From Octopus sinensis (Eukaryota), in assembly GCF_006345805.1 (NCBI RefSeq), contig NC_043000.1:119660001-119724000 (forward strand): a stretch of 64,000 bases of DNA, given 5' to 3'. The notes beneath the pieces were generated by a model. That model was not told where the DNA came from and did no database searches. It saw nothing but the letters and a program-made list of their open reading frames with translations. The stretch's first letter is position 1. Every line of letters starts with the position of its first letter. Position numbers and translations under genes: made by a program. Of this stretch, positions 25,992 through 37,790 are shown piece by piece.

Positions 25992-27447
25992 TTGTGGTTC
26001 CAGTACCGGTGGCACACAAGAAAACCATCCGAACGTGGCCGTAGCCAGTACCGCATCGACTGGCCTCCGTGCTGTGGGCACAACAAACACCATCTGATCG
26101 TGGCCGTTCGCCAGCCTCATCTGGCACCTGTGTCGGTGGCACATAAAAACACCATCCGAAGACCCGGCGACGTAGTCAGTCCACCTGTGCATACCTTCCT
26201 ACTTATGACACTTGTGTAGACCTGTTGAGGCAAGTGAAAATCAAATCAAATCAAATCAAATCAAACCAAATCAAAATAGATGAACATCAATGGAATTTGT
26301 ATCTTTGTGGTACCAGTACCGTTGGCACACAAGAAAACCATCCGAACGTGGCCGTAGCCAGTACCGCATCGACTGGCCTCTGTGACGTGGGCACATAACA
26401 AACACCATCCGATCGTGGCCATTCGCCAGCCTCATCTGGCACCTGTGTCGGTGGCACATAAAAACACCAACCGAAGACCCGGCAAGACTAGTCAGGCCAT
26501 AACCCGTGGCCCCTACTTGGGACGTAGTCAGTCCACCTGTGCATACCTTCCTTCCTTCCTGTGACACTTGTGAAGACCTGTGAAGACCTGTTGAGGCAAG
26601 TGAAAATCAAATCAAATCAAATCAAAATAGATGAACATCAATGGAATTTGTATCTTTGTGGTACCAGTGCCGGTGGCACACAAGAAAACCATCCGAACGT
26701 GGCCGTAGCCAGTACCGCATCGACTGGCCTCCGTGCTGTGGGCACGTAACAAACACCATCCGATCGTGGCCGTTCGCCAGCCTCATCTGGCACCTGTGTC
26801 GGTGGCACATAAAAACACCATCCGAAGACCCGGCAAGACTAGTCAGGCCATAACCCGTGGCCCCTACCTGGGACGTAGTCAGTCCACCTGTGCATACCTT
26901 CCTTCTTGTGACACTTGTGAAGACCTGTTGAGGCAAGTGAAAATCAAATCAAAACAAATCAAAATAGATGAACATCAATGGAATTTGTATCTTTGTGGTA
27001 CCAGTGCCGGTGGCACACAAGAAAATCATCCGAACGTGGCCGTAGCCAGTACCGCATAGACTGGCCTCCGTGCTTTGGGGACGTAACAAACACCATCCGA
27101 TCGTGGCCGTCCGCCAGCCTCATCTGGCACCTGTGTCGGTGGCACATAAAAACACCATCCGAGCGTGGCCGTCTGCCAGCCTCGTCTGGCACCTGTGTCG
27201 GTGGCACATAAAAACACCATCCGAGCGTGGCCGTTCGCCAGCCTCGTCTGGCACCTGTGTCGGTGGCACATAAAATCACCCACTACACTCTCGGAGTGGT
27301 TGGCGTTAGGAAGGGCATCCAGCTGTAGAAACACTGCCAGATCTGACTGGCCTGGTGCAGCCTTCGGGTTCCCCAGACCCCAGTTGAACCGTCCAACCCA
27401 TGCTAGCATGGAAAACGGACGCTAAATGATGATGATGATGATGATGA
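25988..27447 (+). mobile_element. RTE 3' UTR multimer (four units, periods about 313-351 bp) ending in one (GAT)n tail
   Basis: atctttgtgg recurs at 25988, 26301, 26652 and 26989; standard RTE terminus at about 27280-27447. Confidence 0.85.
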
Positions 27448-27544
27448 TATATATATATATATATATATATATGGTTTAATATGTGCGTGTATGTGCATGT
27501 GATTGTGTGTGTATATATATATATATATATAAATAAATAAATAC

Positions 27545-28100
27545 TTGAAAGGAACTCAGCCACTTTGCCTCCTGCTTGAAAGGAACTCAGCTACTTCGCC
27601 TCTTGCTTGAAAGGAACTCAGCCACTTTGCCTCCTGCTCGAAAGGAAAACAGCTACTTCGCCTCCTGCTCGAAAGGAAAACAGCTACTTCGCCTCCTGCT
27701 CGAAAGGAACTCAGCCACTTTGCCTCCTGCTCGAAAGGAACTCAGCCACTTTGCCTCCTGCTCGAGAGGAACTCAGCCACTTTGCCTCCTGCTCGAAAGG
27801 AACTCAGCCACTTTGCCTCCTGCTTGAAAGGAACTCAGCCACTTTGCCTCCTGCTCGAGAGAAACTCAGCCACTTTGCCTCCTGCTCGAAAGGAACTCAG
27901 CCACTTTGCCTCCTGCTCGAGAGGAACTCAGCCACTTTGCCTCCTGCTCGAAAGGAACTCAGCCACTTTGCCTCCTGCTCGAGAGGAACTCAGCCACTTT
28001 GCCTCCTGCTTGAAAGGAACTCAGCTACTTTGCCTCCTGCTCGAGAGGAACTCAGCCACTTTGCCTCTTGCTCGAAAGGAACTCAGCCACTTTGCCTCTT
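27545..28100. repeat. 31-bp minisatellite, about 18 copies
   Basis: Unit gaaaggaactcagccactttgcctcctgctc, head to tail with no spacers. Confidence 0.95.
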
Positions 28101-29051
28101 GGAAGCAAATTCTGGCAGGTAGAATTCTGTGTTTCTTCTTATGATTTCCAGTGTTTTATCGTGCCAAAGTATCTCTTCTTCCCTACAGAGTGGTTGCTGT
28201 CTGTTCCATGTCATATTTCCTGTATAATATTTACATGACATCTAACATTATATTTTAGTCTTATGTTGTTCGGTGTTTGTTTTGTGATAGATTTACTACT
28301 TAACTTGCCAAAACAAGATGTGTTAAGTACTACAGCCTATGTTGTGTGGCCTTATTTGTTGTTGCTGTCGTTTTGTAGGCAAGGAAATTCTAAGAAAGAA
28401 ATATTGTTTTTAAATGAGTTTCTTCTAATTTACACACTCCAAACTCAAACACACGCATATAGTGATACATGGCCAGGAAAAGTTGGTGAAAGCACATTAA
28501 AGATTGATGCTTCATCATTCGAGAAAGGCTTCAGTGGTCATTCTACAGTTATGCAGTGTTGAAATTATTCACACATCTTTCTTTACCCTCTCTTTCCCTC
28601 TCATGTTCATATACATATTGCATGCCTGTGATGTGGTGTGTGTGTATGGTTTGATATGTACATGTGTGTATGTATGTCTTTATCATCATCATCATCATTT
28701 AATGTCCGTTTTCCATGCTAGCATGGGTTGGACGGTTTGACCGGGGTCTGGTAAGCCATGGAGGCTGCACCAGGCTCTAGTCTGATTTGGCAGTGTTTCT
28801 ACAGCTGGATGCCCTTCCTAACGCCAACCACTACGTGAGTGTAGTGGGTGTTTTTTACGTGCCAAAGCAGGCTGGCAAACGGCCATGATTGGTTGGTGCT
28901 TTTACGTGTCACCAACACAGATGCCAGTCAGGTGGCGCTAGTATCTGCCACGTTCGGACGGTGCTTTTTATGTGTCACCAGTACAGGTGTCTTAACTACA
29001 ATTTCCATTTGAATTTTATTTTGATGTTGACGTACTTGACTCAACATGTCT

Positions 29052-29084
<33 letters not shown>

Positions 29085-29086
<2 letters not shown>

Positions 29087-29300
29087 TAATCCAAACAAGA
29101 AAACAAAAAGACAACAACGCAAGGATGTGGAACAAATAAAGTATTATTGGATGCTCAGGAAAGAAGGGAAGAAGGAGGGTTTGACGTTTCGAGCGGAGCT
29201 CTTCGTCGGAAACATAAGAGAAGGAAAGATCCCGAGATGGGAGGACAGAGGAAAAAAAAATCGCTGGTGGTATTCACGAGGTCACATAGTAAAAGACGGA
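29085..29300 (-). mobile_element. Penelope-like element terminal-repeat remnant
   Basis: Carries the hammerhead motif, abuts (TA)n, and has a related copy at about 34085-34250. Confidence 0.55.
29179..29213 (-). ncRNA. Minimal type I hammerhead ribozyme motif (Penelope-like), nearly intact
   Basis: GTTT-CCGACGA-A-GAGC-tcc-GCTC-GAAAC-GTC-AAAC. Perfect stems I and II, loopless stem III, GUC cleavage triplet; one core change (U4 to C). Confidence 0.75.
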
Positions 29301-30445
29301 AGTGGTAAAAATGGAGGAAAATGTTTTTAAAAACAAGAGAGCTATATCAAAGAAGGAATGGTAAAAAAGGTGTGCGAGATGACAAGTGTGTGCGTGTGTG
29401 TGTGTGTGTGTATGGTGGACAATGGCTAGTAGCAGGCAGTAGTAGAATTAAGGAGTGGTGTGGGGGTACCCTAGCAAGTCAGAAAGGCAGGTCAGAAACA
29501 GGGAGGTATGTGTGTGTGCGTGTATATGTATCGTGTGTGTGTTTTGTTGTAGTATGTGTGTGTGTACGTGTGCGTTTCTTTTTGTGTGTATGACGAGTAA
29601 GTGTGCTTAACTTAGTGTATGTGTGCTTGTACGTGCGTGTGTGTGTATATATACGTATGTATAATTGTGTGCGTGTATGTATGGTTGTGTGCCGTATGGG
29701 ATGTGCGTGTGTATGTATGTGCGTGTAGTTGTGTGTCCGTGTGTGTGTGTAAGCGTAAATGGATGTATATGCATGTGTCCGTGGGGTTGTGGGTTTTTTT
29801 TTCGCGCATGTGCATGCATATGTGTGCGTATGTATGTGTGTGTCTGTGCTTATATGTGTGTACGTATGTGTATGTGTGCGTGCGCGTGTTGTGTGTATGT
29901 ATATGTGTCGGTGTGTATGTGAATTAGTGTGTGTTTGTACGTATGTGTGTGTGCGTGTATTGTATATATATGTAAATGTGTGTGTGTACGTGCGTGGGAG
30001 TGAATGTATGTATGTGTGTGCGTGTGTGTACAAATGTAGGGGTTTATATGTGTGTTTATATGTGTGTATATATATGCATGCAAGGACACACTTCGCAACT
30101 GAAAGATTGATGGAGAAGACTCTTGCGGTGCGGGTGCATGCAAATCTACAGGCACACACGCACACGCTCCGACGTACGCCCGAAATAAAGCCAGGCCCTA
30201 CAGGCATGCGTGCGCGTGTGCATGTGAGTGTGTGTGTATATATATATATGGTTTGATATGTGTGTTTATATGTATGTGATTGTATATATATATCATCGTC
30301 ATCAACGTCCACTTTCCATGCTAGCATGGGTTGGATGATTTGACTGAGGACTGGTGAACCAGATGGCTGCACCAGGCTCCAATCTTGATCTGGCAAAGTT
30401 TCTACAGCTTGATGCCCTTCCTAACGCCAATATATATATATATAT

Positions 30446-31030
30446 GGAATTCACTCTGGAAGCTCCAATACAAACGTTTCAGAGTGTTTGGGTGTCAATC
30501 TGAGGACAGTGCAATCTTTGGGCATGTACTGAGAGTGATAAAAATCAAACATCCCGTCAACATCATGGTGTTTGGAGTGATCACCAGTGATGGTGATGTT
30601 ATGCTGCCATTCATCTTCCCACACAGCCTCAGACTCAACACAGAGGCCTGCGTCAAGTGTCTGGAGGAGGTAGTGCTGCCCTGGGTCAAGAGGGTGGCTG
30701 CTGGAAGACCCTATGTCTGGCAACAGGACTCCGCACCATGCCACACAGGCAGGAGAAACCAGTCATGGGGTCAGGTAATTTCTATGACCACATCACCCAT
30801 AACATCTGGCCACCTAACTCCCCAGACTACAACCCCCTTGATTATTATGTGTGGGGTGCAGTTGAGCGAGACACCGACAAAACTCCTTGTAACACCAAAG
30901 ATGAACTGAAAGCAAGGACTATGGCAGCATTCACCAACTTATATAAGGAGACCGTCCAGAAGAGTTGCAGGAGATTCTGAAGTTTTCTGGAGGCCGTGGT
31001 TGAAGCCAATGGCAATTTTATTAAAAAAAT
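30446..31030 (+). mobile_element. Tc1/mariner superfamily (maT/DD37D-like) transposase fragment
   Basis: KHPVNIMVFGVITSDG, WQQDSAPCHT, WPPNSPDYNPLDYYVWG; frameshifted. Confidence 0.85.
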
Positions 31031-32507
31031 TTACACCCATAGGCATAGGAGTGGTTGTGTGGTAAGTAGCTTGCTTACGAACCACATGGTTCTGAATTCA
31101 GTCCCACTGCGTGGCACCTTGGGCAAGTGTCTTTTACTATAGCCTCGGGCCGACCAAAGCCTTGTGAGTGGATTTGGTAGACGGAAACTGAAAAAAGCCT
31201 GTCGTATATATGTATATATATATATATATATATATGTGTTTTGTTTGTGTGTCTGTGTTTGTCCCCCCCCCCCAACATTGCTTGACAACCGATGCTGGTG
31301 TGTTTACGTCCCCGTAACTTAGCAGTTTGGCAAAAGAGACTGATAAAATAAGTGCTCGACTAAAGGTGGTGCTCCAGCATGACCATAGTCAAATGACTGA
31401 AACAAGTAAAAGAGTAATAGTAATTAGTTTTTCAAGATAGTCTTATGTAATTTTGGTCAATATATCTGTTAAAATGAGATGTCTGTTATTTTCATTTTTG
31501 CGTAATTTAGACGACAATATATTCAGCACACCCTGTTTATATATATTGCTCAAGTTAGTCACTTGCTACTCTGCACCTAAATAGATATGTGTGTGCGCAA
31601 AAAAATGCACCTACATACACACACAATATGTATGCATGAATACTTGCATTGAATGATGTAATGAATAATAAAAGATCATAGGAGAAAAAATAAAAGAAAT
31701 AAATTAATAAATTGCAGTAAGTTGATTTAGCATTAGGAGTGAATAATTCACAAATGGTCGAGACACTTGGTCTTCTTCGAAAAGAATGGCTTTGAAGACA
31801 ATTACCTCAGACGCAGAAAATGGCATTTCTATGTCTGTGGCATTCTTCATTTCCAAAGAAAGAACCACTAGTAACAAAACAAATGTTGTCAGTGAACAAG
31901 GTGAAAAAAATCTGATATTTCCAAATTGAATTTAGTTAATCAGTTAGCTAAATCTTCTTTTGTTTAAAGCCGTCATCATTGTCTTCAATGGTGGCATTGT
32001 TGTTGTTGTTGTTATGCCTGCTTTTCCCCTTACTGGCATGGAACGGATCAATTTTTGTTATGGCATTATTCTATGTCTGGATACATTTCTTTTCACCAAC
32101 CCTTTCTTGTTTCCATAGTTAGTTATTCCCTTGTTCCTTTGCACAATAAATTGCACAATCCATCATCATCATCATCATCGTCGTTGTCATTTTTAACGTC
32201 CATCTTTTCCATGCCTGCATGGGTTAGGTGGAATTCATTGAGTCGTATTTTCTATGACTGGATGCTCTTCATATCATCAATCTTCACCTGTTTCCAAGTG
32301 AGATATTTCTCCATGACCGAAAATATTTTCATGGAAGAGTGAAAAGGAAGGACTCCACCTGCATAACAGTCATACTCGTTTACAATGATCACATCTAGTC
32401 AAGGCAAGAAGACTGTAACATCCTCCCCCCTCCTCTATATTTATACACTTATGCACATTCTGTAAGCTGTGAAATTGTCCTGAGGAATCATCTTGTATTG
32501 GCATTAA

Positions 32508-32976
32508 CCCTTTCGTTACCAACCCAGCTGAAACCGGCTCTGGCTCTGAGTACAAATGTCTTGTTTTCATGAGTTTTGAATTAAAATCTTCCACCAAACC
32601 TTAGTCTCAATTTATGTTCCTAACACCAACTTAGTGATAACTAAGTTATTTTACTAAATTCTTTGTTATATTTAAAATCAATTGAAAGAAACACAGAGTA
32701 CCTCAAAATAAATATGGTAACAAAAGGGTTAAAATATATAATACAGAAACAATTCTTAACCCTTTTGATACCAACCTGGCTGAAACCGGCTTTGGCTCTG
32801 AGTACAAGTGTCTTTTCATAAGTTTTGAATTAAAATCTTCCACGAAACCTTAGTCAAAATTTATGTTCCTAACACTAGCTTAATGATAACTAAGTTATTT
32901 TTCTAAATTCTTTGTTATATTTAAAGTAATTGAAAGAAGCACAGATAATCTCAAAATAAATACAGTAGCAAAAGGG
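32508..32976. mobile_element. Two adjacent piggyBac-type MITEs, family A
   Basis: 32508-32728 and 32760-32976, each with its own TTAA pair and terminal inverted repeats. Confidence 0.88.
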
Positions 32977-34214
32977 TTAAGTGCTAAAAAGCACAGATTA
33001 TGTTGGCAGATGAAATTTCGTCAGCAACTGCTTATGGGATTATTATATCACATGATTTTTGCATAATTTGCACTTCCTCAGCAGTAGGTACCCTACAATT
33101 AAATGCCAGATTGAAATTCCATCAAATCGATTATAATTTAACATTGACTAAATAGTCAGTGAAGTCGCAAAAAGCTGGTGGGTTGTGTATAAATACCTAA
33201 TTCTTTACTACCCACAAGGGGCTAAAAACACAAAGAGGACAAACAAGGACAGACAAACAGATCAAATCGTTTACTTCGACCCCAGTGAGTAACTGGTACT
33301 TAATTTATCGACCCCGAAAGGATGAAAGGCAAAGTTGACCTCGGCGGAATTTAAACTCAGAACGTAGCGGCAAACGAAATACTATTAAGCATTTTGCCCG
33401 GCGTGCTAACGTTTCTGCCAGCTTGCCACCTTAAATACCTACTGTGTATAAATACCCATTTCTTTACTACCCACAAGGGGGTATTGTGTATAAATACCTA
33501 TTTGTGATGGAAGCAGCCTTTGTAACCAACATTAATTTGTATATCCTTTGATCATTTCTCAGGACATTTGCTGCAGTCTATAACATTTAAAACGAAACAT
33601 CCAAGTTAAGTTGGATGTGCATTTTGATATGTTACAAAACCTGCCTTTTTTTGCTAATAGCTAAGGTGTACACACGCATAAATGTCAAACAGTGAGAATG
33701 AGTACTCAGCACCACATCGGTGGTTAAAATTTCTTTATTTGTGTATTAAGGCTACCATTGGTTTCATGTTAAGAACATATCTTAATATCTTAACAATTTT
33801 ACAAGCCGATGACATAGAGGATTGGTGTTTGTCCCCGTTTCATTTTTTCCTTGTTTTAGTTATTGGTCTGTGGCCATACTGGGGCATTGCCATGAAGGGT
33901 GTCATTGAACAAATTGCCCCCATTTCTTACTTTTTTTAAAACCTTGGCACTTATACTGTCAGTTTCTTTTGATGAACTGCTAAGTTACACGGATGTAAAC
34001 AACCCAATATCAGTTGTTAAGCAGTGGGTGGTGGAGGAACACAAACAACAGACACATGTATATGCGTGTTTGTGTGTATATATAGTAAATAAAAAAAAAC
34101 GAAGAACAAACACAAAAAAAAAACGAAGAACAAACACAAAAAAAAAAACAACACGAGCATATGGTACATGTAAAGTATTAGCTGATGCTCAGGGAAGGAC
34201 AGAAGGGTGTTTTT

Positions 34215-34294
34215 TTTGTTTTGAGCAAAGCTCTTCTTCAGAAACAGTACTAGATAACTCTATAAGCTGAAGAGTGACGGAAACACAAAATGTC
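34215..34294. ncRNA. Two back-to-back degenerate hammerhead-like motifs
   Basis: Minus strand 34245-34215: GTTT-CTGAAGA-A-GAGC-ttt-GCTC-AAAAC, same family as 29179. Plus strand 34267-34294: CTGAAGA-GTG-acggaaa-CAC-AAAAT-GTC, with poor stem I. Confidence 0.5.
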
Positions 34295-34540
34295 AGATCA
34301 ACATCTTTTTGTTATATATATATATGATGCTGATGATATATATTTAAGTATTGAACTTTAGAATAAAGGTTAACATGTATTAGCAAAATTTTATTTGAAT
34401 AAAATAAAAACATTTCCTGGTAACATTTTATTCTACAGACATATGTATCTATATGTGTGTGTGTGTGTGTGTGTGTTTATATATATATATATATATATCA
34501 TCTTTTAATGTCTGTTTTCCATGCTGGCATGGGTTGGACC

Positions 34541-34580
<40 letters not shown>

Positions 34581-34582
34581 TG

Positions 34583-34885
34583 TGGAGGCACAATGGCCCA
34601 GTGGTTAGGGCAGTGGACTTGCAGTCATAGGATCGCAGTTTCAATTCTCAGACCGGGCGTTGTGAGTGGTTATTGAGTGAAAACACCTAAAGCTCCATGA
34701 GGCTCTGGCAGGGGTGGGGGTGGCGATCCCTGCTGTACTCTTTTGCCACAACTTTCTCTCACTATTTCTTCTGTTGGCCTGCTCGCTTAGCCAGTGGGGT
34801 GGCATCATTTGAAGGCTAAAAACAATGCGAAGCGCATTGTGACCAGCGACGTGAAACGTCTGATAGCCTGGTCGGTCACGGTGAT
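34583..34885 (+). mobile_element. tRNA-derived SINE, third family; copy at 11930-12237 (minus), variant with a different 3' half at 19261-19640
   Basis: ggaggcacaatggcccagtggttagggcag A-box, tttcaattctcagacc B-box, conserved body. Confidence 0.8.
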
Positions 34886-36096
34886 AGATATACACATACA
34901 CACTTGATGGTCTTCAAAACAGTCTCTGCTACCGAATTCGCTTGGCAGTCATTGTTTGACATGGGGCTAAAGTAGAAAAATACTTGCCCCCCCACAGTGC
35001 TGTGCATTGGGACCGAACCTGAAACCGCATGGTTGCAAAGCGTGCTTCTTAACTACATAACCATGCCTGTGCCTACTAAAACTAATGAGCCAATAGGTGT
35101 GTGTGTGTGTGTCAATTGTACTTTAGTTACTAGTGAGAGATAGTTACTGTTGCTAAGTTAAATTATCAAATTTGTTATATTACTTTGATTAACAACAGCT
35201 GTGCCTGGCATTGAACTTCAGAATAAAGGTGTGGAAAAAATACTTAAAGTTTCATTGTATTTGAATAAAGTAAAAAAAAACAACAACATTGCCTGGTAGT
35301 ATTTCTAATTAACAGATATGACTATTAAATATTCTTTTCTACTCTAGGTGCAATAGCTGAAATTTTTGGGGAGGGGGCCAGTCGATTAGAATGATCCCCA
35401 GTACACAATTGGTACTTAATTTATTGACTCTGAAAGGATGAAAGGCAAAGTTGACCTCGGCGGAATTTGAACTCAGAGCATAAAGACAGACGAAATACTG
35501 CAAAGTATTTCACGTGGTAGCGAGCTGGCAGAAACGTTAGCACGCCGGCGAAATGCTTAGCGGTATTTCGTCTGTTTTTATGTTCTGAGTTCAATTCCAC
35601 CGAGGTCGACTTTGCCTTTCATCCTTTCGGGGTCGATAAATTAAGTACCAGTTATGCACTGGGGTTGATGTAATCGACTTAAACCCTTTGTCTGTCCTTG
35701 TTTGTCCCCTCTATGTTTAGCCCCTTGTGGGCAATAAAGAAATATTTCACCTGGCGCGCTACCGTTTCTGCCAGATTGCCGCCTAATGATTATTAGGTAT
35801 TGCTGCATTTATACGATAATGGTTGGTTCATTTAATTTATAGACATGTGGTTCAATTCTCATGGAGGAATCTGTCACCAGTTCTTTTATAATTTCTCCTT
35901 GGAATATATCCTCCATCTCCTCACATGGACATTTTCCATGCTAGCATGGGTTGGATAGTTTAATCCTTTAGCATTTAAACTGCCCATATCCAACCCAAAT
36001 ATTCTACTTTGCTTTATGCTGAAACTGGCCACATCCAGCCTATCACGCCCACCCTACAATGCCAATCTAAGCACAAGCAGTCACATCTTCAAAATC

Positions 36097-36266
36097 TGTT
36101 ATATCGCAATACTACACAGTGGCTGTGTGAGCTACGAAATCCTCGTCGCCACTGTTATATCGCATGTCCGGATGACCTCTACTCAACTCCTCGACGTCTA
36201 GACTTCTCCCTCTATATCTACGTATTGGGCTAGCCTACTTCATCATCTGGGGGTGTCCACACAACA
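36097..36266. mobile_element. 170-bp solo-LTR-like insertion inside a MITE
   Basis: TGTT...AACA termini, exact 5-bp TSD aaatc (36092-36096 and 36267-36271), CpG-rich relative to flanks. Confidence 0.65.
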
Positions 36267-37024
36267 AAATCTCAAAGCTACGAGATGATGCATGATTAAT
36301 TCAAAAGAATATGAATGAATAAGCCTTACATTTTAACAGAATAATCTGAATGCTAAAGGGTTAACAGGAGCTGGCAAGCTGAAAGGGCTGCACCAAGCTC
36401 TGCTGTCTGTTTTACTGTGGTTTCTACAGCTGGATGCCCTTCCTAACAGCGACCACTTTACAGAGTGTAGTGGGTGCCTTTTAACATATATCTGGTACCA
36501 GCAAGGTCATGAAGTAACTTGCCAGGCAAGCCCTTTCATTTTCTGTTTTAAGATTTAGGTGAGGCTGTGTGGTTAAGAAGTTTTCTGCCAGCTCACCGGG
36601 CGAAATGCTTAGTGGTATTTCATCTGCCATTACGTTCTGAGTTCAAATTCTGCCGAGGTCGACTTTGTCTTTCATCCTTTTGGGGTCGATAAATTAAGTA
36701 CCAGTTGCGCACTGGGGTTGATATTATCGACTTAATCTCTTTGTCTGTCCTTGTTTGTCCCCTCTATGTTTAGCCCCCATGTGGGCAATAAAGAAATAAG
36801 AAGTTTTTTTTCCCCCAAACACCTAGTTCCAGTGCTGGAGTGCTACCTTGAAGAATTTTAGTCAAACAAATCAACTCCAATACTTTTTTGTTTAAGCCTG
36901 GTACTTATTCTATCAGTTCCCTTTGCTGAACCACTAGGTTATGGGAACATAAACACACCAACACAAGCTGTCAAAAAGTGATGAGGGACAAACACTGACA
37001 CAAAAATACACACATGCTGACATG

Positions 37025-37025
<1 letters not shown>

Positions 37026-37056
<31 letters not shown>

Positions 37057-37383
37057 TATAATAAAGGGTATCTAAAAGATACCACCATGCTAGAGATAGT
37101 AGTCAAAACTTGACTCTAAAACCTCATCAAATATTCATACAGCACCCGGAGAAATGAGGCTATAGTAGAAGGCACTTGCCCAAGGTGTCACATAGTGGGA
37201 CTGAACCTATAGCTATGTTGTTGGTTTTTATATATATATATCTGAGAAGATTCTCTTGGTGCTGTATTATACTCATAATTATAGAATTTTTGTATAAGTT
37301 TACTGATAATGGTTCTTTTAACATACTGAACTACTTGGTAAAATTATTAAGTATTAATTAATTAATTAATTTCACCCTTTATT

Positions 37384-37429
<46 letters not shown>

Positions 37430-37756
37430 TATAATAAAGGGTATCTAAAAGATACCACCATGCTAGAGATAGTAGTCAAAACTTGACTCTAAAACCTCAT
37501 CAAATATTCATACAGCACCCGGAGAAATGAGGCTATAGTAGAAGGCACTTGCCCAAGGTGTCACATAGTGGGACTGAACCTATAGCTATGTTGTTGGTTT
37601 TTATATATATATATCTGAGAAGATTCTCTTGGTGCTGTATTATACTCATAATTATAGAATTTTTGTATAAGTTTACTGATAATGGTTCTTTTAACATACT
37701 GAACTACTTGGTAAAATTATTAAGTATTAATTAATTAATTAATTTCACCCTTTATT

Positions 37757-37788
<32 letters not shown>

Positions 37789-37790
37789 TA
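37026..37790. repeat. 373-bp tandem duplication, apparently identical copies
   Basis: Identical ORFs at 37176 and 37549; units bounded by (TTA)n/(TA)n. Confidence 0.92.

Noticed and set aside
27545-28100. CRISPR-like array of ~31-bp repeats
   Set aside because: Units are contiguous with no unique spacers, there are no cas genes, and the context is eukaryotic.
29479-30396. 305-aa ORF, the longest in the track
   Set aside because: Mostly (CA)n-derived His/Thr repeats that begin inside an RTE-UTR fragment.
34583-34660. tRNA gene candidates (also 14745, 19261, 52303, 52780-52848, 3378-3443)
   Set aside because: A and B boxes are present but each continues into a SINE body and lacks a clean cloverleaf, so these are SINE heads.
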